DNA from: Heteronotia binoei
Taxonomy: Eukaryota
Assembly (NCBI RefSeq): GCF_032191835.1
Contig: NC_083236.1
Location: 34,162,001-34,226,000 of the forward strand
Direction of reading: 5' to 3'
Length of the DNA: 64,000 nucleotides
The first letter of the stretch is position 1. Each line of letters begins with the position of its first letter. The notes below the pieces were generated by a model that saw only the letters and a list, made by a program, of their open reading frames with translations, was not told where the DNA came from and ran no database searches. The position numbers were made by a program, and so were the translations under genes. Positions 13,184-25,671 of the stretch are shown piece by piece.

Positions 13184-16009
13184 CCCTAAGGGATGTCAAT
13201 CAGTTTGTTCATTCTTGCCTTCCCTCCACCTCCCAGCAGAGACTACTACCTCCATACACTGTAATCTCTGTGGACAGACAGCCGGAAGGGGCTACACTAT
13301 TCCACAAACTCATGAATTCAGATTTTATAACAAACCGCTGTTTGTACAAAGTGCAGTTCCCAAACGGGCCTTGTTTGAAACTACTGGTTTCTTTTACAAT
13401 ATTTATATCCTGCTTTATCTCCTGAGACTCAAGAGAGCTAACAAAGCAACAAGAGTTACACAGACACAAAACCAATACAGATGGGCTGTCTCTGCCCTGA
13501 AGAGGGCCCCACCAGGAGAAGGCTGTCTGAAGAGCAAAACGTGCACATTCCAGTTTGGTGGCAACCAATAAACCCTGGTTTTGTCACAACATCTGAATTC
13601 AGCCTGGTTGCATGTTTTCTTTTCAGCACACCTTTCAGATGTTAGTAGTCAAATGCTAGTAGCAATACATACATGCAAGTTACAAACCGTACATTGCACA
13701 GGGGTGTATAAGCAGAGCTCTAAAACAAAGCACCCAGAAACTGTTCGTTCTACAGAGCAGAAAAGGAGCACCAGAAATGCCAAAAGAGAGATGAGTCTCA
13801 GATGGCTTTTGCGATTGTGTGTCCTATGAGCAGAAATCTAGCACAGTGCACTTTTCTGAGTACTCTATCAGGTACTAGTAAAATATTCAGCTCCCTTTAG
13901 AAACAGAAAAGGAAACAAACTTTAGAACGGTGACAGTGATAATATATATTCATCTATTCCATCTTTTGTTCTAGTGAAAATAAAAACTGCCATCACTGAC
14001 ACTGCAACTCTGTACAGGGTTACGCCAATCTCAACCACAAAGCAAATCATATTGTCATTCTTCAAGCTTCCACTCTCCAAAAGTACATGGCTTCAAATGG
14101 CTTTTGTCCAGGAGTTTAAGAGGCTGTTGAGAACGCTCTTCTGAAACGCTGAGCTGCTGCGGCCATCATCAGTAGAACTGAGCCAAGTCTTAAGGTGCTA
14201 CTAAGAAATTCCAATCTGAAACTTTTGGAGAAGTTTCAGATGCATGAAATTCTCAAATATTGACATTCCTGCCCCAAATAACCTCTGCCCCTCCCTTATC
14301 TGCCAGCTCAAAAATGACATCAGTGTGTGAACAACACTGTTTCAATTTATGAAGGATAGCAGATTTTTTTTTTTTAAAAAGAGGGATTACCTGCAGTATT
14401 TGTAGTTAATAAATTTACACCTAAAGATAAATTTAATCCACATACCATTAATCCCAATATATTATTCTTTGAGGACTTGGTCCTGGAGGAAATACAAGAA
14501 ATATAAACACCTACTATCCCAGCGTGCCACAATAGTAATAGATCGGAGAGCACATTCTCAAATACTGAGCCAATGATGGGTACACTATAAGAAACCATGG
14601 ATCCGGTAGGCTTGGTTGTCCAAATCCCTGCTCAGTCATGACAGAGTCCTGAGCACCTTCTTCAGCAGAGAGAGGAAAGAAAATCAGCCCTATTTAATTT
14701 GGTGAAAATAAAAAAAATTATCATATGTGTAGTACAGCTAAGAGATCCAAGGATTGTCTGGCTGGCTGAAACTCTAGCTCTTTTAATGATGAACTAGGCT
14801 TATTCTTTAGGCTGAGAGAGCTCTGAAAGAACCGTGACTGGCCTAAGGTCACCCAACTGGCTGCATCTGGAGGAGTGGGGAATTGAACCTGGTTCACCAG
14901 ATTAGAGTCTGTCGCTCTTAACCACTACACCACTCTAGCTCTCTGATGTAATAAATTCTGAGTAAACATACATAGGACAAGGCAATAATGGAGAATCAAT
15001 TCTTTTCACAGCAGACACTTGTCTACTAATAAACTGTTAGTTATCAAGACGGGTCGCTACAGTAAAGTCAATTCACTTTTTCCCAAAGGGCCCATGTTTT
15101 TCTGCTCTTGGAGCATCTACTTAAGATCAGTTATTACAGACTAGTTATCATTTAATACTTTTTAACTCCACTGGCATAATTACAAGAAGAGTGAGAAATT
15201 GCAGCGTGCAATGCTTTCTGGTTGGAAGGAGAAAGAACGTCCTGTGGGCAGAAATCTAGCATTTCAGGGAGCAGCCTAATAAAGGTCTCTGTTCCCCCCA
15301 ATGTGCCATCTAGTTTTCCACATGCAGGAAGTCTACTGTATAAAGATGCATTCCATCATGCAATACTCTCTCCCCCCGCAGGCAGAAGGCGTACATTCCC
15401 CAGACAGCTCAGGTGTTGCCTGCATGAGTAAGCCTTCCATGAGCATAACAGGGAAGGGTGAAAGGCACTACAGAGAAGTTCACGCAGTTTAAAAGCCTGA
15501 GAACTTACAAACTAGCATCTTGTGAAACTCTACAACTCGGGATACTAAAAAAAAAGTTGTCAAAGTGTGTCCTTCCATCCTTTAACCACCCCCCTCTGTG
15601 CAGTCGGTGGTAAAAGAGTGGACTGTGTCTCACCCTAGCACACGTCCACACGAGCCCACTTCATATCACTGGTTGTGGACACAGCAAAAAAGGCTGCCTG
15701 ATGCATGAATCAGTCCACAGTACAACAGCAGAGTCTTTTGTTTTGTCTGTCATGGTCAAACAGCAGAGCTTCAGGCCCATCACGATAGCCACCAGCAGAC
15801 CAGCCTCAATGCAGAGAGCAGCTAATGAGACCAGCCTGCTCAAGCCCCTGAGATTTATAGAATCTGGGGGGCAATTCTCAAATTGTCTCCCTTGCAAGTG
15901 ATTCTTTACACCCCCCCCCCCCCCCAATTGTGAAGAAGAAAAAGTAAGCTGTGGGTTTGCTCTTCCAGCATCCAGATTCTAAGGCATGGGAAAGCTGGGA
16001 GGAGAAAGT

Positions 16010-16222
16010 CAGCTCCTTTACCTTCCCACCCCCAACAACAGACACCCTGTGAGGTGGGTGGGGCTGAGAGGGCTCTCCCAGAAGCTGTCCTTTCAAGGAC
16101 AATCTCTGTCAGAGCTATGGCTGACCCAAGGCGATTCCAGCAGCTGCAAGTGGAGGAGTGGGGAATCAAACCCAGTTCTCTCAGATAGAAGTCCATGAAC
16201 TTAACCACTACACCAAACTAGC
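16010..16222 (-). mobile_element. Squam3-like SINE
   Basis: Reverse complement of 7499-7772. Older, more diverged copies at about 14800-14945, 19975-20190 and 21640-21765. Confidence 0.8.
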
Positions 16223-17453
16223 TAACCCAAGCTTGCTTCAGTTTTGGGGTGGGGGGGGGAGATTTTCGTCCATCTGTGGTACAGACACGGGGAGAAGAAG
16301 CTGGGAAGGGGAAAAGGATAATTGAACAAAGAAACTGACTGCTTTCTCCAAGCTGTGGGGAAACCAAGCAGAAGATTCTGGGAGACAGAGATGAATTATC
16401 ACTGCTCCTTGGTGTTGTAAAAGCACATGGCTTACTACTGCTGAATGCAAAGAAGGGATATCTTCCAGGCAGGATTCCAGGTTTGAGAGGCCCTGGAAAA
16501 AGGTCCCAGGGCACCCCTTTTCTCTTTTACCCCCACCAGCTTCTCATCCACTCCCTCCTTCCCTTCCCACCACCTGCATGTCTCACACCCATCTGCTTGT
16601 GAGCTCTCCCACTGCCCATGCTCACCACTACCTGCAGTCCTTTCTCCAGGGGATCAGGACAACAAATGCACCCAGGAGCACAATGAAGAGCCAGAAATGT
16701 GAGTGGGGGGGATGGTGGTCAATAAGGCCCTGGCAGCTGCCCCACCATTGGGGATGCTGACACCAGCCCTGATCCCAGAGGTGAGTAAGATACTCCTGTA
16801 TAACTCCGTAAGACACACAAAATGCTGATGAGTGTTCATATGAAAAGCACCAAAGGCCTGTTCACAAGTGCCTTTTTGTTTCCAACAAGGGTGCACATAT
16901 GAAAAAGCCATCTTGGAATCTTTTTTTTTTTTTAAAGGAAGCAGCCTCACAAAGAACTTGCCTATCACCAGCAACGTAACGTTTTTTTTCAGTGGAGTCG
17001 GTTCACACCTTCGATGGCAGTCATTTTAAGGCACATAGACTTATTTGATTCTCCGGTGGCTGTTCCAATGGAGTTGTTTCATACATTTGGTGCTCAGTCG
17101 TTTTAAGGCACGTAGGTTCCTGACCCTCCGGCGGAGTGATGCATCCGATTCAGCCATTTCACAAGCATGGCTATGAACGTGTTGTGCTTTCTTCAATCAC
17201 CTCCAGGTAAGATTCATCGGTGACCCATCGATGGCTCATTCATACAGACACACGCAGGACGGGAGGGGCTGTGGTTCAGGGAGACAGCCCCTGTTTTGCA
17301 GGAAGAAGTCCCAGGCTCAGAGCTTGGCATCTCCAGAGGAAAGAATCAGACATTAAGGGATGTGAAAGACTTGACCTGAGGCCCTGGAGAGCTGCTGCTA
17401 GTCTGAGTAGACAACATTGACCTTGATAGACTGATGGTCTGATTCATTATAAG

Positions 17454-17608
17454 CAGGGCTTTTTTTGTAGCAGGAACTCCTTTGCACATTAGGCCACACC
17501 CCGCTGATGTAGCCAATCCCTCTGGGCCCTGTAAGCTCCAGAAGAATTGGCTACATCATGGGGGTGTGGCCTAATATGCAAAGGAGTTCCTACCACATAA
17601 AAGGCCTG
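17454..17608. mobile_element. Palindromic hAT MITE (CAGGGCTTTTTT family)
   Basis: Fold-back structure; perfect 8-bp TSD ATTATAAG at 17446-17453 and 17609-17616. It is inserted in the tail of a tRNA-SINE at about 17278-17630. Confidence 0.9.
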
Positions 17609-18098
17609 ATTATAAGGCACCTTCACATGTATTACTTCATACTACCATCAACGAGCTGGGAGAATGCATGTGCAACCCGGCCCTTGCTAAGCAGAACCAG
17701 CCCCAGTTATGGATATGGTCACTCAGCGTAGATTATGTCCCAGCATCCCCCAGTTTGTGATTACACGTTCAAGCTTGGGCTTATTTTGGCTCTTATGCTG
17801 CAAGGCGATCCAAAACAGTGAAGATCTGACTGAACCACTTTCCCTGGGATCCTATTGGAAGACGACATTTTCTCGGAAATATCCATGGTGCAGCACTGAG
17901 ACATTCAGTGGTCTTCAGGCCTAAATCAGCATTTTCAGTGGCTACTTTTGACAGGTAGCCACCAGTGGCAGATAGTCACAGTTGGGGGTGGAGGGGCTGG
18001 CGGTGAATTACTAAGGTGCAGTCAAGAAACTCGTAAACTCATGAGTGTTCAAAGTTATGGCTTCGTAGCTTCAGATGAGGAATCCTTCTGTCCGTTTC

Positions 18099-18406
18099 CT
18101 ACACTGCCGTCTCATTGGGGCGAATTCCTAGCAGCTCTTCAGCTAAGCTTATGAGCCCGTTCTCCTCCAGAGCAGCAACCAGTCTCTGAATGGTGGCTCT
18201 TTTGCCCTCAGAGTCGATAAATTTGCGGAGCATCTGGTAGGCTTGCTCATAAAGGCCTTCCCGCTCATACTCCATGGCCAAGTTGTCAATGGTGGGATCC
18301 CGAAGGGCTCGACAGGTGGTCTGCAGAGACCGGCCCACTTGCTTCCATTTCTTTGAGACGAGTTTGGCAAATTTCTGATGGTCATCTAGGGTGATTTTTC
18401 TGTTGG
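18099..18406 (-). CDS. TRADD: TRADD last coding exon (death domain)
   Basis: Acceptor TTTTCAAG|CC, phase 1. Translates [85 protein letters not shown]..., matching the TRADD death domain. TAG stop at 18101-18099. Confidence 0.97.
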
Positions 18407-20200
18407 CTTGAAAAGATAATGGGGGGGGACCATTAACTCATCAGAACAGACTAGACAAACATTTCTTAAAGGACGTGTCTACTGTTCTTTCGCGTGTGTG
18501 ATTGTGTCACCAGTTCTTGTTGGGGTTAGTCTGCACCAATGGCTGCCAGTACTGCCTCAGCAAATGGGAGAATTTGAAAGCCAGCACCTGGGGAGGTTGG
18601 ATTTTGGCGAAGGTATGACATCACTTCTAAGTGACACTCTAGGAATTTCCACTAATCTCTATGGTAAAGACACAGAGACATATGGAGATTCCTACAGTGT
18701 CACTATGAAGACCATTTTTCAGCCTGTTTTTTCTCCTACTTTCAATTTCTCAAAGGCAGGCGAAGGGAACTGAGGGCAGAGGCTAATCTACCCTCACCTG
18801 CACCAGCTGCTATTACACTAGAGTAGCCCAAGAATAGCTTTGTTGATGGGAGTCTAGAGTGTGCAGCTCCTCACACCATGTGTTTGTGATCCTCTACTTA
18901 ATCAATAATCACTTCCATGTACAACATTTCCTAGGACAATGGTCTTCAGGCTTTCCAGACCTTTACATCCAGGCCAATGAGCTGCAAACACATGACAGGA
19001 AATCACATAGAAGGAAAAGAAGTCAGAGCTTCTGACCTAGCCTGTGCTTAGCAGAAACCTTCTCTCCTGCTGAGTGAACTCACCTTGCTGCTCATTTTAG
19101 CATGTACAGGTCTGTGCAGAGAGGCAGGAGATGTGGTGCTCTTATTTTCTACACACAGGCATTGGGCACTAGCAGCAGATCTTCCAAAAAGCAACAACTG
19201 CGATTTTTTTAATGATTCTACATAGAGTTGCAACCCATTGGGAGTTCCTTGACCTTGCTGACAGTCCCAACCAAAGGGCTGGCCACCACCATTCTAAGGG
19301 ATTTCCAAACTGAGGCTCTAATTTACAGCTGCACTGAACACCTGGACAAAAGCAGTGGGGGATTTTAGCCAAGTTTGGGAACACTTGGGAGGGGGGGAGG
19401 GGAGGAACTGGGCTTGCAAAGTCTGAAGCAGGCCCCTTCAAGACCGGTGAGCTTTCTTCTCCGCGGACATTCATGGAACTTTGTTTTCTTTGCATGTTGT
19501 AACTCATGGGGACAGAGTTGCCAAGTCGAATACACATCAATAATAATGGGAGTATAGATTTTGGTACATTGACATGAGATGAGCACATGTGCTAAAGAGC
19601 TGGAAGTACACTAACACTTCTCTTTATACATGGACATCATTTCAATACACAGCTTGCACTTTCTTCCTAAAACATGCAAAATATCCCTCTAGGCGTTCAC
19701 ATACAAGGGAAATATGTTTCCAGAGTGCCCCCTTGAGGTGACATAGAGAAATGCATTTGTTAAGCAATCTCTTCCAGAAAGTCTATCTTTCCCTTGGTAT
19801 TTGTATGTGCTTGAAGCAGCCATCTTTTGTCATTAGGGTAGGATTCTACCAGTTTCTTCTGCTTCAGACAGGACTGGATCCAAGTTTTGTGGCAGTCTGG
19901 GAATACACCACCTGGGCCCTCTCCCCTGCCTCCCACCACACTCCCCACAGACTTCCCTGCCACTTCACTCATTTATTTATTTTCATCATTTATAATCCCC
20001 CTCTCTCCCCAGTGAAGACCCCAAAGCAGCTTAGGGCATCATTCTCCTCTCCTCCATTTTATCCTCACCACAGCCCTGTGAGGTAAGTTAGCCTGAGAGC
20101 GTATGACTGGCCTGAGGTTATCCATGGCAGAGTAGGGATTTGAACTGGGCCTCCCAGATCTTAGTATGATCCTTAACCACTACATGACAATGGCACTGTC

Positions 20201-20346
20201 AAGGGCTTTTTTAAAAGCAGGAACTCTTTTGCATATTAGGCCATGTGCCCCTGATGTATGCCCTGTAAGCTCTTGGGAGGACTGGTCACATAAAAGAGGA
20301 GTGGCCTAATATGCAAAGGAGTTCCTGCTACAAAAAAAAACCCCTG
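20201..20346. mobile_element. Palindromic hAT MITE (CAGGGCTTTTTT family)
   Basis: Perfect TSD GCACTGTC at 20193-20200 and 20347-20354. Confidence 0.85.
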
Positions 20347-20535
20347 GCACTGTCCCAGCCACATAGGCCATACACATGCACTTTTCCTGATGATGCTCGA
20401 TGGCAGGAGGACATTTGAGTGGGTAGCAGGTGGGCTCAGGTGAGGGCAGTGGTAGTGAGCCCTATTGGAAGCCTGGGGCCCTGGCACCTGCCCTACCTCA
20501 GGGTATGCTGACACCAGCCCTGGTTTCACACTTAC

Positions 20536-20737
20536 TAAATTGCTGTCCCTGGAAGGTGAAGGTGTCTCCTTGCGGCAGAGAGTTTGGACTCCTCACGGAA
20601 CTGCAGGGAGGATGTGATGAATCCAAAGAGGGACTCTGCTCTTCGGGTCTCATGAGGCTGCTGTTGCCTCCCTGACAACTCAAGTTCCTGAGGGATTCCT
20701 CCAGCTTTGTAATTTCTTCATCCCTGAGACGGTTAGG
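20536..20737 (-). CDS. TRADD: TRADD coding exon 3 of 4 (end of TRADD-N domain and linker)
   Basis: Acceptor TTGCATTTCAG|CCT; PNRLRDEEITKLEESLRNL...DTFTFQGQQF; donor A|GTAAGT; 202 nt, phase 0 to 1. Confidence 0.96.
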
Positions 20738-21814
20738 CTGAAATGCAAATCAATATAAAAACAACCTTTACTTCCAGAGGAGTTGTATCCTGGCACATTA
20801 CCTCCTCTCAATTAGCTCTCCTCCTCCTTTTTGGTTCAGGATTCTTCTATACATGGGACAGATGCATTTTCTCCATGTTAGGTTGCTTTTGAGTGCGATA
20901 TAATATGATTGCAGAAGTTAGGGTTTTTTTTTTAATCTATGCATTTCAAAAACGCAAACCCAAGCTTCTAGTCATTATGGCTGCAAAAAATAGACTTCAG
21001 GTGCATTCACTCTACGACTGTTTGCAAGTGGATTTTTCTATTTAACATTGTAAAATCTAACAGCAAATTGCATTAAAATGGATTATTTAGTGTGTGTGAA
21101 TGTACCTTTAGTCTTTTCTAACTGAAGATGCCGGGGGCTGAACCTGAAACGTTCTGCATTCTAAGTATATGCTCTACCAGTGTGTGCATCTCTCTGTCCA
21201 TCCATCTATAATTCTGTAATTCGCAAGCTACCCTCACCTTTTTGTCTCAGGGCCACAAAGGGAAGAGGGGATTTAATTCTCTAACCCCCACTTGATTTTA
21301 ATGGCTGAAAACCAGTTCCACCAGTTTGACATTAGCATTTCTTGGGGAAAATATATTTTAAAGAACTTATCTTTTATCCTTAAAACATGGCCATAGTAGG
21401 GGGGGGGGGACTGGTGATGGTGCCCTCTATAGAATCTGCAATCTCCCGCAATCTCTCTGCTTTCCTCCCAGGTTCCACCCCTCTGGGCCAGTTTTCCCTC
21501 CAAAAGTGCTGCCCACTCAGTCAAAGGGACAGAAGGGATCCTGGGAAATATAGGCTCTGTAGCTACTCCGACACAGGCTTCCCTAGAGCCTGTAGGCCTC
21601 ACTAGGCCTAGGATCATGATAAGCTCTTTTGAGAAGAACAGTTCTGAGAGAGCTGTGACTGGTCCAAAGTCACCCAGCAGCTGCATGTGGAGGAGTGGAG
21701 AATCAAACCCAGTTCTCCAGATTAGAGCCTGCTGCTCTTAATCACTACATCAAACTGGCTCTCTAAGTTGGTTAAAAGTTCCAAAATAAAATAAATACCA
21801 ACTGTCACTGTGGC

Positions 21815-22030
21815 CCAGACCTGGATGGCCCAGGCTAGCCCAATCTCATCAGATCCTGGAAGTTAAGTAGGTTCAGCCCTGGTTAGTATTTGAATGGACA
21901 ACCACCCAGAAAGTCTAGAGTAAGTATGCAAAGGTGGGCAATGGCAAACCATCTCCATTCATCTCTAGCTTTGAAAACCCAATGGGGTTACCATAAATCA
22001 GCTGTGACTTGATAACACTTTTCACTACCA
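21815..22030 (+). mobile_element. 5S rRNA-derived SINE with RTE-like tail
   Basis: Head resembles 5S rRNA (GCCCAATCTCATCAGATCCTGGAAGTTAAG...CTGGTTAGTATTTG), followed by GGCAATGGCAAACCA. Other copies at about 25915-26140, 48095-48300 and 51545-51735, and inverted at about 32860-33045, 45310-45500, 55230-55360 and 57765-57925. Confidence 0.8.
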
Positions 22031-22076
22031 ATCTAGGGGTAAAATGCCTGATTTCTCTGCGGGTATTCACAGGTTC

Positions 22077-25000
22077 CCCTCTCATGGATTGCTGCCTTGT
22101 TGTGGCAAGAGGGCTTGCACGGTTCAATGAGCCTGTGGGCTATGCCATGCAGGGTCACCCAAGATGGACAGGCCACAGCTGAGAATCCAGACTAAATGTG
22201 ATCCACTGGAGAAGGAAATGGCAAACCACTCCAGTATCCTTGCCAAGAAAACTCCATGAACAGAAACAAAAGGCTAAAAGATGTGGCACTGGAAGATGAG
22301 CCCCTCAGGTCAGAAGGTGCCCAATATGCTACTGGGGAAGAGCGTTCAAGTAACCACAGAAAGAGTGAAGCGGCTGGGCCAAAGCCGAAAGGACACTCAG
22401 CTGTGGATGTGTCTGATGGTAGAACAGTCCAATACTGCAAAGAACAATACTGCATCGGAACGTGGAATGTAATATCTATTAATCAAAGTAAGCTAGATGT
22501 GGTCAAACAAGAGATGGCAAGACTGAATATCGACATCTTGGGAATCAGTGAACTAAAATGGACGGGAATGGGTGAATTTAACTCAGAGGATCACTACATC
22601 TATTATTGTGGGCAAGAGTCCCGTAGAAGAAATGGTGTGGCCTTTATAGTTAACAAGAGAGTGAGGAAGGCAGTAATGGGATACAATCTCAAAAATGACA
22701 GAATAATCTCAGTCCGTATCCAAGGCAAACCATTCAATATCACAGTAATTCAAGTCTATGCCCCAACCACTGATGCAGAAGAGGCTGAAGTGGATGAGTT
22801 CTATGAAGATCTACAACATCTTCTAGAATTAACACCAAAAAAAGATATCCTCATAATCATAGGGGACTGGAATGCCAAAGTAGGAAGTCAAAAGGTGACC
22901 AGAATAACGGACAAGTTTGGCCTTGGAGAACAAAATGAAGCCGGGCAAAGGCTAATAGAGTTTTGTCAAGAGAACAAGCTGGTCATGGTGAACACCCTCT
23001 TCCAACAACTTAAAAGGCGACTCTACACGTGGCCATCACCTGATGGGCAACACAAAAATCAGATTGATTATATATTCTCCAGTCAAAGATGGAGAAGCTC
23101 CTTACAGTCAGCAAAAACAAGACCTGGAGCTGACTGCAGCTCAGATCATGAACTACTCATCGCAAAATTCAGGCTTAAACTAAAGAAAACTGGGAAACCC
23201 ATTAGGTCATTCAGGTTTGACCTTGATCACATCCCTTATGAATATACAGTGGAGGTGAAGAATAGGCTTAAGGAACTAGAGTTGATAGACAGAGGGCCCG
23301 AACAACTATGGATGGAGGTTCTTGACATTGTACAGAAGGCAGCAATCAGCACCATCCCAAAGAAAAAGAAATGCAAGAAAGCAAAGTGGCTGTCTGATGA
23401 GGCTTTACAAATAGCTGAGGAAAGAAGGAAAGCGAAAGGCAAAGGTGAAAAGGATTCACCCAACTGAATGCAGATTTCCAGAGAACTGCAAGGAGAGATA
23501 AGGAGGCCTTCTTGAAGGAAAAATGCAGAGCAATAGAGGAAAATAAAAAAATGGGAAGGGCAAGAGATCTATTCAAGAAAATTGGAGAAATCAAGGGAAC
23601 GTTTCGTGCAAAGATAGCCATGATAAAGGACAAAAATGGTAGGGACCTAACAGAAGCAGAAGAGATCAGGAAGAGGTGGCAAGAATACACAGAAGAATTA
23701 TACAAGAAGGATCTCAATGTGTCGGACAACCATGACAGTGAAATCGATGACCTTGAGCCAGACATCCTGGAGAGTGAAGTCAAATGGGCTTTAGAAAGCA
23801 TTACTAACAACAAAGTGAGTGGAGATGATGGTATCCCAGCTGAGCTATTCAAAGTCCTAAAAGATGATGCTATAAAAGTAATGCATACTTTATGTCAACA
23901 AATTTGGAAAACATAACAGTGGCCACAGGATCGAAAAAGATTGGTTTATATTCCAATCCCAAAGAAGGGTAATGCCAAAGAATGTTCAAACTATCGCACC
24001 ATTGCACTCATTTCACATGCCAGCAAGGTCATGTTAAAGATCCTACAAGCTAGGCTTCAGCAGTATGAAGATCGGGAACTACCAGAAGTTCAAGCTGGGT
24101 TTCGGAGAGGTAGAGGAACTAGAGATCAAATTGCCAACATTCGATGGATTATAGAGAAAGCATGGGAGTATCAGAAAAACATCTATTTCTGCTTCATTGA
24201 CTATGCTAAAGCCTTTGATTGTGTGGCTCACAACAAACTGTGGCAAGTCCTTAAAGAGATGGGAGTACCAGACCACCTCACATGTCTCCTGAGAAACCTG
24301 TATAAGGGTCAAGAAGCAACTGTAAGAATGGGATATGGAACAACTGATTGGTTTAGAATAGGAAAGGAGTTTGACAAGGATGTATATTGTCACCCTGCTT
24401 ATTTAATTTATATGCGAAGTACATAATGCGGAATGCTGGCCTGGAAGAAGCACAAGCCAGAATTAAGATTGCTGGGAAAAACATCAACAACCTCAGATAT
24501 GTAGATGACACTACTCTAATGGCAGAAAGTGAGGAGGACCTAAAGAACCTCTTGTTGAGGGTGAAAGAGGAGAGCACAAAAGTAGGCTTGAAACTAAACA
24601 TCAAAAAAACTAAGATCATGGCATCTGGCTCCATCACACCTTGGCAAATAGAAGGGGAAGACATGGAAGTAGTGACAGACTTTACATTTCTGGGATCCAA
24701 GATCACTGCAGATGGTGACTGTAGCCACGAAATTAAAAAACATTTGCTCCTTGGGAGGACAGCTATGGCGAACCTGGGCAGTATAATAAAAAGTAGAGAC
24801 ATCACCCTGCCAACAAAAGTCCGTATAGTCAAAGCGATGGTATTCCCAGTAGTAATGTATGGCTGTGAGAGCTGAACCATAAGGAAGGCCGAGCGCAGAA
24901 GAATATATGCTTTTGAGATGTGGTGCTGGAAAAGACTCTTGAGAGTCCCTTGGACTGCAAGAAGATCAAATCAGTCAGTCCTAAGAGAAATCAACCCTGA

Positions 25001-25277
25001 CTGTTCCCTGGAAGGTCAAATGCTGAAGCTGAAGCTCAAATACTTTGGCCACCAAATGAGAAGGGAGCACTCCCTGAAGAAGATCCTGATGCTAGGAAAG
25101 ACAGAAGGCAAAAGAAGAAGGGGATGGCAAAAGATGAGATGGCTGGACAGTGTTACTGATGTAACAAACACAAATTTGAGCAGACTTCGGAGGATGGTGG
25201 AAGACAGGAGGGCCTGGTGTGACTTTGTCCATGGGGTCGCAAAGAGTCGGACTCGACTGTGCGACTGAACAACAAAA
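22077..25277 (+). mobile_element. Full-length BovB (RTE-clade) LINE, inactivated
   Basis: APE endonuclease (IGTWNV, GISELKW, IQVYAPT, GDWNAKVG, IDYI, SDHELL) and RT (NYRTIALISH, QAGFR, FIDYAKAFD, YVDD) pieces; 3201 bp; 12-bp TSD ATTCACAGGTTC at 22065-22076 and 25278-25289. Frameshifts near 23452 and 24365, nonsense codons at 23914 and 24873. Confidence 0.97.
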
Positions 25278-25396
25278 ATTCACAGGTTCAGCTTTTGGTA
25301 TATTCAGTTAAAGGATTATGAATGACTTGACAGAACTTTCCATTACCCCCATCACGTGTAGTAATCCACCCACACACCCCAATCTTCTGCCATCAC

Positions 25397-25671
25397 CTTT
25401 TCTTGGGAGATGCATTCTACACAGCGTTCCTCCTCCAGAAGCATAGAGTCCAACTGCACAGCACCGGTTTTCAGCTCCATCTGGACATGAACTGGACTAG
25501 GTGTGGTCAAGGAGAGATATCTCTGTAGAGAGTCCCGGAGAGCTCCTTCGCGATAACTTTGCAGAAATTTGCGGCAGTTCTCTCGGTTGGAGAATTTGAG
25601 CTGGACAATCAAGTGGGGGTCACTGCAGTGAACTTTCAGCATGTCCACTCCATTGAGGCTACCTGTAGAAT
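25397..25671 (-). CDS. TRADD: TRADD coding exon 2 of 4 (TRADD-N domain)
   Basis: Acceptor CTTCTCTTCCCCAG|AT; DSTGSLNGVDMLKVHCSDPHLIVQLKF...SYREGALRDSLQ...EERCVECISQEK; donor AAG|GTGATG; 275 nt, phase 1 to 0. Confidence 0.97.

Noticed and set aside
1-18000. B3GNT9, expected next to TRADD by synteny
   Set aside because: No ORF with glycosyltransferase motifs in the track; the gene is presumably outside the window or absent. Non-coding exons cannot be called.
16728-20521. About 46-bp shared motif GGCCCTGGCA...ATGCTGACACCAGCCCTG at about 16728 and 20476
   Set aside because: Short, ends in a hAT-like CCCTG terminus; most simply two remnants of an old TE.
21815-21910. 5S rRNA-like sequences (also about 25920, 33760, 48100 and 51550)
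   Set aside because: Heavily diverged, dispersed and fused to SINE bodies; they are SINE heads, not rRNA genes.
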